From: Trichosphaerium sp. ATCC 40318
Lineage: Eukaryota; Protista; Tubulinea
Reading direction: 5' to 3'
Length of the DNA stretch: 64,000 nucleotides
Assembly: GCA_038496445.1 (NCBI GenBank)
Contig: JALMLS010000027.1
Span: 186,001-250,000, forward strand
A model generated the notes under the pieces. It ran no database searches and was not told the DNA's origin. It saw nothing but the letters and a program-made list of their open reading frames with translations. Of this stretch, positions 12,949 to 23,631 are shown piece by piece; the stretch's first letter is position 1, and the number at the start of each line of letters is the position of its first letter. The position numbers were made by a program, and so were the translations under genes.

Positions 12949-13348
12949 GTCGTCACTGTGCCCCTTTTGTGGGTTATGTGTAATACAAGTGTTTACTATC
13001 AGTGGTCGTTGTGTTGTTTCGTTAAAATAATGACTTAAATGTGAGCTTACAGGTGAACATGTGTGGATTGGTTTTTTCGTTTCACTGAGACTTTGATTTT
13101 CCGTTCAAAAGTGTCTGTTAGTGATAACGCCTACAAGGCTTAAGATCGTCTCTGATAACCTATGTGTTCATGCCCTTATTCTAGTTAGTATTCCTGTTAA
13201 CATGTTCGTACATGGTTACCAGAATACAACAAACCACTAGTCATTTCAAGATACTTGGGTGATAAGTTTATTTAATAGGGTGAAAAAAACAATATTTACA
13301 ATGTGATGTGTTATTATCAATCTAAAATCCATCAATCTATTTTACAAG

Positions 13349-16206
13349 CTAGGAAAACTGCTGACCAATTGGTTTTCCTTCATCATATGTTACATTATTC
13401 ACGTATTCATCAGTGACGGTCTTAATATTACTCCACGTAAACTTCTCATCAAACCATGCTCCAAGTTTGGCATAGTCTGTTTTTTGTGCATACGCCATAG
13501 GCACTTTGAAATGAGGGAGTAAATTATCCCAATTAATACTGATTTTCTTTTGGGCAGCAGAACTACGTTGTGGATCTGTAACCCAATCAATTTGTTCAAA
13601 TGGTTCAATAAAACACTCAATACGAGCTTGCCTTGGCAGTGTCAAGTATGCATACATCTTGACAAGGGATACAAGATCATGCCATGGTCGTGGAGTAAAT
13701 TTGACATCACGTTTGTACTCCAGACACAATTTTGAAGGTGCAAACAGAACGTTGCCTTGGAACAGAACTTCCACACCTTTTTTAGCAGCACATGCCCAGT
13801 CAATAATATACAACTCATTTTCAAACCATATCACGTTTGTAAGTGAGATATCCCTGAAAGAGAAAAAGAGTTAATTAAGAGGACATAATAAGTTCAAGAA
13901 AAGAAAAACCCACGTGAATGAGCATACCTGTGTACAAATCCTAAATTGTGTGCAACCTTTAGTGTCTTAACAAGAGATGAAAATGAGCACACAAGGCCTG
14001 TAATAGAGAATTCATCTGCGCTCAGCACTTGACCCACGGGTTCAGATACGAAAAATATTTTGCCAGGGTTCTGGTAACAACGTCAGTACAAACAAGTAGA
14101 AAAAAGTAAAGAATAAAAAACCAAAACGTACTTGTCTTCCAGGTTTCCAAGAGGTACGTGTTACTGTTGGAACATGAGCATCTTCATATGGATTTAGCTT
14201 ATTGAGTACGTCCACTTCATGTTTCGCCTCCTCCAGGAATTGTGGAAGGAGATGTTTTACAGCATAAGTCTTATCATCTGCTCGGACCTGGTAGACAGAT
14301 GCTGATGCACCTTTACCAAGAATATTCGTTGCTGCATAGTAAGTTCCACCAATTTTAAACTGAGGTACGGTCCATCCAAGTTGCTCAGGAGAGCATGCCA
14401 TGAGTTGGTTGATCATCTTTGCACCCTCAGAGTTTTTACCAACAAAGTCATAGACTTTTGTAAAATAGAATTTATCGCCTTTTGCAGTTATGCCGTCCCA
14501 CTCCATACGCAAGAACTGGACGTATTTCTCATTTGAAATAACTGCTGTTACTGATGTACGTGTTGGCTGAGCAGCCATGACACGAATACAATACATCCTA
14601 GAACTATGTTAACAATGCACGCAAAAGAGAAGAAAAAACAAGTCCGTACATTATTTGTCCGAGTTTTGCTGGTTCAAAACCTTTGGATTGTCCCACAACC
14701 AACTTCACCTCCCATGGTACTATAATCTGATACGATGTTGGCAACGTAATACCAAGGTTTCTAGGTGCCAGAAGAATGTCTGGTTTGGCAAAACCGTGCG
14801 TAGATGTTTTTGGAAATGTGTGGTTACTTTTGGCATCAAAAGCCATCATGTAATCAGACGTATTACCCTTGTTCAACAGTTCAACAGTTTTCTCAGTGAG
14901 GTAGTCTTCCTTTTGTTGCCAGGTTTTCTTTGGTTTATCTGTGGTTTTTGTGGCTGTTCGTTGCTTGAGCATCTTTGCGAACACGTTTTTAGGCAGTCCG
15001 CGAAAATACTTCAAACATGAACCGTCGAACCATGAGTTCTCCTTGAATAGTATATCTCCAAGGGCGTCAAATTTACTGTACAGTTCTGAGTACTCTAAAA
15101 TTAAAGTGTGAGTGTCATTTGAATACACGTGAAAAGAGTGGTAAAAAACTGAGCGTACTCAATATTGAGAGAGAATGGAGGTGGTCCTTTCGCAGTCTTA
15201 TCAATGCAATTGCATATTCATTTGATTTAGCCAGCGCCTTTGTAGCACGCATATCAGCATCTCTTTCAGCATCTCTAATATCTCTTTGAGCATCTTTCGC
15301 TTTCAATTTTCGAATCTCGCTCATAAGAATTGCATTCACGCTCTTTTCTTGTTCATAACCCTCATTTGTGACGACCACCTGTCGAAGGCGCTTAGATTTG
15401 GTAGTTTCTGGAGAATCAGATGCGTTGTATGATATTGAATCAGTTGAGCTTCCACTTGACCGCCTACTGACAGATATGTTCAGTGGAGATGCGGGTGCGA
15501 TTGGACCAGTGGATCTCGAGGCTTTTTGTTCGCTTGTGGCACGTGTAGAAGAGCCTGGAGTCTTACGAGTTCGTTTTATTTTGATGATTCGGCGACATTT
15601 GCGCCTTTTTTTTACTTTACCGGCAAGAGCTTGGGAAGTTGGGGTTGATCCCTTGGTTACTCTTGGTCGAATAGCCGGTTTGGGTACTACAGCGCATTGA
15701 TTAGAAGGCAACACAAACAAGTAATTCAAGGTATTTTTTTTGAACCGTTTTTTAAAAATCCGCGGTAAAAAAAAAAAAGCGTACGTTTATACTTTGTTAG
15801 GAGACTAACGGCCAATTGCGCCTTTACTTTTTTACCAATTGGCACTTCAAGGCTTCTACATAGATCCTTTAATTCTGGCACCTTCAAACGCTGCAATTGG
15901 ACTAGAATAACGGTTATTGATCAATAAGTGTCATTAAACGCAAAAAAAAAAAGTACTAAAAAAGGCTACCGTACGTGTTTTAGGATGCTGTTCAATGGTA
16001 TCAACTAATTGTTGAGCGGTACGGCCTTTTGTACTCAACTTTAGAGCAGAACAAATGGCGCGCAGCTCCCTTCGCGGAAATTTAGTCATCACTGACGCCA
16101 CTGTCAAGTGCTTTTGCTTTTTTGCTGCCCTTCTGGTGGATAGTGGCGCCTTTGGAGCTTTGCGCTTATTTGACGCTTTCTTGCGACCTCCCCTCAGGTT
16201 GGACAT
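13349..16206 (-). CDS. REase-like + FunK1/Crinkler-type protein kinase, copy B (header with two SAP-like motifs)
   Basis: Near-identical to copy A downstream; extra exons RRELRAICSALKLSTKG and LQRLKVPELKDLCRSLEVPIG resemble SAP/HeH motifs. Confidence 0.8.
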
Positions 16207-16397
16207 TATCGCTTCCCCCTTTTGGGCTCGTTTGATTTGCCGTCAGGTGGTCATAATGTTGTTTCGCTAAAAAATAATGACTTAAAACTTAATCCAAGCT
16301 AAGCCAAATACTTGTGAACAGAGGACACTTCGAATTTCTTGAGCTATAGTGGTTTAAAAACGTGAAACGTTAACCACGTGCTTTTGTGCTTCCAAGG

Positions 16398-16674
16398 ACC
16401 AACAATACGCATAGACACCTCTCTTTTGCCATTTGTAAATTGCACGATATACAACTTACCGTTCTTGGATACTTAATATTGCGTACCCTTCAAGTCAAAC
16501 ATTAAAATAAATACGCTGTTGTAGTTGCTTGTTTTACACAGGCCAAAGTGAATAATATTTAATGTTTGACTTGAAGGGTACAATAGTGATACTATCGCAT
16601 GCATTGTCATAGATATTAACATTTAGACATAACACAATTAATAGTACAATATGCCATCTGCAGGGTGATTCAAT
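16398..16674 (-). pseudogene. Inverted, decayed copy of the 3' part of the carrier-like gene (9753-9975)
   Basis: Reverse complement shares attgaatcaccctgcagatg, aagtatccaagaac, acaaatggcaaaag and tatgcgtattgttggt with 9753-9975, in the same order. Confidence 0.75.
16483..16581. repeat. 99-bp fold-back element with perfect 24-bp inverted ends (possible tiny TA-flanked MITE)
   Basis: gtacccttcaagtcaaacattaaa ... tttaatgtttgacttgaagggtac; absent from the homologous sequence near 9870. Confidence 0.7.
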
Positions 16675-16863
16675 GCAGTATACTGGTGTTAACAATTGTG
16701 CTCACGTGACAGTTGAAGGTCACTAAAACTTAAGGTTGTTTTTGCGATATTTATAGTGCCATATTTAGAGCTGATTGAAAGTGCATAGTCTTCTAATTTC
16801 TAAACATTGATTGCATAGTATTTAACGTTAACACCCTTGGATCAGGCACTATCAGTTAAAACA

Positions 16864-17926
16864 ATGAAAAGGGTAGGAAGCACCTTTGTGTATCAATTCC
16901 TTCTAATGAACACAATAGGTTAAAACAAAGGCAAATCAAACACAAGCTAGTATTCCTCAAATATTAACGCTTCCTGGCGACGTTTTCAATTGTATAATGG
17001 ATACTAACTGTGACGTGTATTTAAAACTACCGCTAGTTTGTAAGAGGATAGCAACCTCAACCAGGTTCAATGGTGCTTTCAAGAAGCACGGAAAATGGCT
17101 ACAGCGAGATTACTCAGGCAGATTGATTAAGGAAAGTTATTTTTTAAACGGTCAACTACATGGACCTACAAAAAAATGGGGTGCCCAGAGCTTAGTTTTC
17201 TATTGCAACTACATCAATGGAAAACGACATGGAGAGGAAAAGGCGTGGTATGGAAATACCCTATTATTAAAATCGCACTACCACTTCTTGAACGGAAAAC
17301 CACACGGTGACTGCCTTGAATGGTTTGAAAATGGGGACCCAAAGACGCAATGTACGTACACCAACGGACAAAAACAGGGAGATTGCCTAGAATGGTTTGA
17401 AAATGGGAACAGTTTAAAGACACAATGTACTTATGCCGATGGACTAAAACACGGAGACTGCCTAGAATGGTTCGAAAATGGGAACAAAAAGAGACATTAT
17501 TCGTACACCAAAGGTAAAGAAAACGGCGAGTTTAAACGGTGGATTGAAAGCGGTATTTTGCAAAAACATGAGCACTATGTACATGGTACGTTGCATGGAG
17601 AGGCCAGGGGTTGGGATATCGTCGGTAACTTAACTAGTCATTGTCACTTTGTAAAAGGTGCTGTCGAGGGAAAGTTCACACGTTTTTTTTATAATGGCAA
17701 TGTGGAGTCAGAGTGTCAATATGTTAATGGCACACGTCATGGGGAATTTAAAAAATATTTTTATGATGGTAGTATATGCAAGGAGGGTACTTACATTAAT
17801 GGTAAGCGTGAAGGGATACAGACACAGTATTGCATAAAAGGAAAAAAAAGAGTTTGCCACTATGAAAATGACCAAAAAGTCATTGTTAGTACAAAAAAAT
17901 CATTTACCTGGTACACCAGTGACTAA
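16864..17926 (+). CDS. F-box-like + MORN_2 (YwqK-like) repeat protein
   Basis: LTLPGDVFNCIMD...LPLVCKRI followed by about ten repeats of the form NGKxHGxxxxWxENG; main exon uninterrupted; probable 5' intron 16873-16918. Confidence 0.8.
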
Positions 17927-18196
17927 AAAATGCAGTCAAACTCGTTTACGACTGCACAGATACGGATGATAATTTGGAAAAACGTCTCGATAATAAACTA
18001 TTTACAAAACGAGTTTATTTGGGCTAAAAAGCCTGATTTTTCGGGACGGTTGTGAACTTAGGTAATGTTTTGCAACTCTTGCAAGCTATACATTAGTGTA
18101 TAAGAACAGAAAGTCACGTGCGTGCTACAAATCGAAGTGGCTGTTTAACAGTAGGCATAAAAAAAAAAATAGCTTGTGAGTATTGATGGCGTAGCC

Positions 18197-18532
18197 TAAC
18201 GCCCTTCCGTTATGAATATTCATTGTCCCGTAAGCCATATTCATGAATATTCATGGGCGTTTGGTGAGTCAGGATGTTGAGGAACTTTTGGTTTGTAGCA
18301 CCTAGAGATATTCCAAATGGATAGATTCAACAAGTTACATTTGAAAACCGAATTGGAATAGTCAACAGAACACCAAAACCCACAAATCCAGTCAAAATCA
18401 GCCATCAAATTGCACAATTTTCGACCGTTTACTGTGTGCATGAATAATGAATGAATTTTTTTAGTCGTGAATATTTGTGTATGTAGGCTTATTTGAATAT
18501 TCAAATTATTCATTCATAACGGAAGGGTGTTA
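18197..18532. mobile_element. Non-autonomous DNA transposon (MITE), 336 bp, 21-bp TIRs, 8-bp TSD
   Basis: TIR taac(g/a)cccttccgttatgaat at both ends; direct repeat gcgtagcc at 18189-18196 and 18533-18540; internal tgaatattca repeats. Confidence 0.9.
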
Positions 18533-18603
18533 GCGTAGCCTAGGATAAAATATAACAACTTTTCTTCGTTTTAAAAGTATTTATTTACTCAGTGCCAGCA
18601 CAG

Positions 18604-20177
18604 TTACATGTATCGGTAAATGGAAATATGCGTATCCTCATAAATCTCTCTCAAAGAGCTTTCCAGAAACATGTCATAATAATTAACAAAAATAGTGAGC
18701 ATACGATCAAATGAAACTGAGCTTTCACGAGATACTGAAACAGCAAAAAGACCTTTAGGTACTAGTGCTTTGATACCTTCATTTGTCACGTGATTACAAT
18801 CGTTAAGGCCAATAGTATGAACTCCAACAAGTGCTTTGACACCCTCATCTGTAACTGAAGTACCTTCTAGATTAATGGCATGAACTCCCGCAAGTGTTTT
18901 GACACCTTCATCTGTCACAGCAGTGTTGCAGAGATCAATGGCGTAAACTCTAGTGAGAGCTTTGATTCCCTTATCTGTAACCGAAGTGCCTCCAAGGTGA
19001 ATAATAGAAACTCCTGCAAGCGCTTTGATGCCTTCATCTGTAACTGAAGTTTCATCAAGGTAAATCGTATGAACTCCTGCAAGCGCTTTAATGCCTTCAT
19101 CTGTAACTGGAGTGCTTGATAGGAAGATGGAGTGTACTCCTCTTAGTGATTTTATACTATCATCGGTCACCGAAGTGTCAGTGAGATCAATGGTATGTAC
19201 ACCACTTAATGATTTAATTCCTTCATCTGTTACATTTGTGAGCATTAAATCAATAGTATGAACACCTTTTAATGCTTTAATACCATTGTCCGTAATACTT
19301 TTACAAGCACAAAGGCAAATAGAATGAACGCCATTTAGTGCCGTTATACCCTCATCAGTCACTGAAGTACGAGATAGGTCTATCGCATGTACACCACTTA
19401 ATGCCTTTATACCTTCGTCTGTCACATATTTGCAACGCCCCAGACCAATAGCATCAACACCTGCAAGTGCTTTTAAATCCAAATCATTAATGACACTACT
19501 TTTTTCATAGGCTTCTACGGACCTTCTAATAAAAGATGTATCAATATTAGAACATCCTCGTAGCAATGAATATGATGTGTTGTTCTCAACATTCACAACA
19601 ATGATAGTGTTGTTCATGATTCCTTTGTACTGTCTAATCTTTAGAATATCCTGAATGCTATACAGATATATCTTTTTGTATCCAACAACATCATGGATAA
19701 TATCAGCCATCAAACGACACGATTGAGCAATATTGAACCTTGATTTGGCATCTGTATGATGTACAATAGTTGCAATAACCTCTGGAGGAAAATCCATAAT
19801 GATAGGTTCTTTGTGTGTTGTCTGTTGCTGTGTTCTTTTTTTGTTGTTAGTGTGATCAGAAGTAAACAGTTTTTAGCGTACTGCCTTGTTTGTTTGCGCT
19901 TTGTTAACTTTTTGTCCTCAGACTCAACTTGTGAAACTCGTGTAGGTAAAATCGAGTCTGTTGGAAGTATTGTATGCAGTTTGCTTGTGTCATCAGTGGT
20001 TTTGAAGAGATATTCATCTAATTGTCGCAGATAGTGTGCATTTGCGACGTTTAAAATGGTTTCGAGTTGGTTACTGAATGTTGTAAGCTGTTCGGCTTTA
20101 ATTTTACTGAATTCTTCTTTGTGGTTTGTCTTGTAGTACACAATAGCCTGTTCAACAGATACAGAGGGAAAAATCAT
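18604..20177 (-). CDS. F-box + leucine-rich repeat protein (GVHTIDL-type LRRs); main exon covers 18604-19797
   Basis: MDFPPEVIATIV F-box-like motif, about 11 repeats of xTDEGIKALxGVHTIxL; the 19710-20177 ORF can splice in frame onto it through a short GT-AG intron. Confidence 0.8.
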
Positions 20178-20322
20178 GATTTGCTATGTGTGGCGCTTGT
20201 TCGACATGTCCAAAATTCACTGAACTCGCTCAGAAACTATTTGACTACTAAGTCGTTCCATTTTCAAATACCAAAATCTGCCCATTACAACAACAAAATT
20301 TGGCACCAATTACTTTTTTACA

Positions 20323-21441
20323 ATGCAACACAATACCAGGTAATTTTTGAAGCACCTAAACTGTGTTTTGACGTGAACTAGAATAGAACTCGATTTATTG
20401 AGCCTACCTACCGAAATCCTCGCTATAATACTCTCCGGAGGCGAAAATACGCGTAAAATGGGATGTTGTTGCAAATACTTGTACAATATTGTACAACGCT
20501 TTGTGGGATATGGTAGCGTAGAAATAAGAGCACTCGAGATGTTTTCTTCGCTTTCTGACAGTCCTTTGTTGAAAAACACAGATTTCAGTGTTTCGAAAAG
20601 GATACGCCGTAGCGTAACTGGCGAACACTTAAAACACCTCAAAGGTATACGTACATTAAGCCTTGTAGGTTGCGAGAAGATAACAGCCGAAGGATTCAGA
20701 TTTCTCAGTGGCGTTGAGTCTATAAACGTTGAGTTTACGCGGATTACAGATGAAGGCCTAGCGTCATTTGCTGTCGCCAAGAATGTAAATATAACTAACT
20801 GTCGTTTCATAACTGATAAGGGCGTTCAAGCTCTTAAAGGAGTGCATACTATCAATGCCTCTAAGACACGTATTACAGATAAAGGTGTTGTAGCTTTCTC
20901 AGGATCTTACAATATAAGCCTTGCTTGTTGTACTGATATCACGGATTCTGGTATAAAAGCTTTAGCTGGTGTACATACAATAGACTTGTCTAAAACGTCT
21001 GTGGGCACTGAAGGACTCAAAGCTCTTCGTGGTGTACATACCATTGCATTATGTAATTGTAAATCTGTTAATGATGAAGGTGTTAAACATCTTGCTGGCG
21101 CTTATGAAGTCAACTTGAGAGGATGTAGACAAGTTACAGATGAAAGTGTGAAGTCATTAAAAGGTGTACATACAATTAATTTATTCGGAGTTAAAGTTAC
21201 TGATGAATCACTCTTCGCACTTGCTGGTGTTCATTCTTTGAATATCGGAGGTAACAGGAACGTGAGTGATGCTGGTTTAAGAGCTATTGCTGGTGTACAC
21301 TCATTGTGGATGGAGAGGTGCTATAACACTACTGAGGAAGGGATAAAGGCTCTTGTTGGTATAAAATACCTTAATGTAAGAGGTACAAAACTACAGCAAG
21401 AAACTGTGGATGTCCTTGTTGGTACAACCATACAAAAATAA
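20323..21441 (+). CDS. F-box + leucine-rich repeat protein, paralogue of the previous gene, head-to-head
   Basis: LLSLPTEILAIIL then the same GVHTI LRRs; ATG at 20323 with intron 20340-20381 supplies a start for the TTG-initiated ORF at 20398. Confidence 0.82.
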
Positions 21442-21486
21442 ACACATGTCACTTGATAAATAATGTATTTGTACAAAGAATAATTC

Positions 21487-23179
21487 TCAATTGTTTGCTG
21501 CAATTGGGCTATAATCAGTACTCTTTTCTTCATGTGGTGTATTTTTTTCAGCTGTTTCTATTGCTTTAACATTCTTTATGTTGTCTAATTGTTGTTTCAA
21601 TGTAAACTTTTTGTACAGATACACTAGAATAGCTACTGTAACCTGTATTGAATGGTTAATATAAAACGTTCAGAATTAATTAATTGTAGCAACATTTACA
21701 AGCGACGTACTGGTAAAATCAATATTACCAAAACAATCAAAACAATACCCCATACTGGTATGCCAGTGGATTCATTAGCTTGATAACATCCATTTTGTTG
21801 AGGTTCGAACATCATGGCTGTACTGGTGAAGGTGGTTCGCAGTTTAACTGAATTGCATGTTGGTGACTGTCCTTGTACATCATCAAGTGTTCCTTCTCGG
21901 CATTCATATAAAATCGATGTTGTATTAAATTCAATATCATCTGATACAATTTTAAGGTTTCCTGACAGTTTGACACATCCTTGAACAGTCACTGAGATTC
22001 CATGTTGAAGAGTTATGTTTCGACCAAATGTCACATTATTCCCGATAACCAAATCAACATCAATGATTACTCCATCAATAATACGCTCATTTGTTACCCA
22101 CTGACCATTGATACATTGTAAATCTCTAAGTGTGAGTATTGTAGGTTCACATGGTTCTGAAAAAGAAGGTGGTGTTATTTATATTCTGTTATTGGTATGG
22201 AGGTACCTTGAGGTGATTGTGTTGGCACTATTGGTATAGTTGTAGGACTAATTGAAGGTATAGTTGTGGGACTATCTGTAGGTGTTTGCGTTGGGGAGAG
22301 TGTGGTCGGCAATAAAGTTGGTGGTCTTGTGGGAGGTGCTACCCAATCTATAGTGAGCCGTGGACGGTTGCTAGACTGTCCGTTTTGTCTGCTACCAATA
22401 TGAGCTATTTCATTACTATTAGCAACATTCGAAAAAAAAATAGTCACTCACTTCCTCCGTCAGCATCCCCTATTATTATCCACCCTTGATTTGATATTGT
22501 CCCTTGTGACCACTTTCTAACGGAGGCTTCAGGTATGTTAGCTCATGAAAGGTAAACACTGAAAGGCCATACAAGTAACAGTTACTTCAAAGTGTTGTAG
22601 CAAACGTCCGGGCTCTATAGATGGAATCATCGCTACACGTGGCCCACTGGGGTTAATCAAGGATTGATCTAGCGACTGTGTTTTAATTTGTGCACCTATT
22701 TTGAATATTGGTACGCACCGACATTAGTACCAGTTACCGAATTAGGGTTCCAAGAAGTAGTAGCTTCATAAAGCAACCCATTTGATCCTCCGGTATCGAC
22801 ATATACCCTCAAAGTAGCGCTCGTTATTTCAACACCATCTGGTATGGGACCACCTGATGTATTGAGTCAGTCGACATAGATGATAACAAATATAAAATAA
22901 GTAGCTCACCCTGACTACCAAATATTGAGAACTTTAACAGTGAATAATCCGGGCCGAGGCTATGTTCACCGTATCTTAAAAAAGGGTCTCCAACAAAATT
23001 ATTACTATTATCAATTCTTATCCATGTGTCTTCGCGATTGGAATACGAATCTGTAATTACCGCTTTTGTAAAGTTAGTATGACGATATTGGTTTTTATTT
23101 CTGGTTTTAAAAGCGCACCATAACAGGAGGAAGCGAGTATAAATATTACAATGGCTAAAACGAAGGTGCTTTTGGGCAT
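21487..23179 (-). CDS. Type I membrane protein: signal peptide, DNRLRE/CBM96-like domain, Pro/Thr stalk, Cys-containing beta domain, TM (copy 1)
   Basis: MPKSTFVLAIVIFILASS, EDTWIR, LLKFSI, ITSATLRVYV, KWSQGTISNQGWIII, IGSRQ...NRPRLTIDW, PTxSPT repeats, TM GIVLIVLVILILP. Confidence 0.72.
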
Positions 23180-23430
23180 CACGTGCTTTGTCGGTTGATT
23201 TTGAAAACTACAATTTTACTTCATGATTAAGTGACTTACCCAGATTGTCGCTTGATGACGTGTTTACATAATGTGTACTCTCGCTACATTAATTGCCCGG
23301 TTTGAGATCTTGTCGCTACATTATAGCTGATGTAGCCTATCTACATTAAGTCTATGAAGTTTACTGACAAACGCTTGGTAGATGGCAAAATACCTCCTAA
23401 AGGTTTACGTACCTGAAATAAGGATTACTC

Positions 23431-23476
23431 CAATTAATTTGTTCGGAGTCAAAGTTGCTGATGAATCACTTTTCAC
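23431..23476 (+). pseudogene. Remnant of the LRR gene (matches 21173-21218) at the tandem-duplication junction
   Basis: caattaatttgttcggagtcaaagttgctgatgaatcact versus caattaatttattcggagttaaagttactgatgaatcact. Confidence 0.7.
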
Positions 23477-23581
23477 AGCATCGCTTTTGAGACAGTATCA
23501 ATTACGAATTTTTGATATTTTACAGATGTTTTTACTTACCTCAGAACCATCTTAAACTTCAATTGTTATTTTAAACATGTA
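23476..23581. repeat. About 105-bp dispersed repeat, copy 1
   Basis: cagcatcgcttttgagacagt ... tcagaaccatcttaa ... aacatgta also found at 40681-40789. Confidence 0.75.
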
Positions 23582-23631
23582 CACAACTTACTAATGTCAC
23601 TTGATAAATGAACGAATTTATGAGAATAGTG

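Larger units (their letters stand above)
13180..16720. repeat. Left arm of a long inverted repeat; partner about 53897-57273
   Basis: Copy B with its upstream and downstream flanks is the reverse complement of copy C, including promoter-side blocks 16326-16342/54032-54048 and 16690-16718/53897-53925. Confidence 0.9.

Noticed and set aside
18241-18513. 90-aa ORF
   Set aside because: Lies wholly inside the MITE and has no transposase motif.
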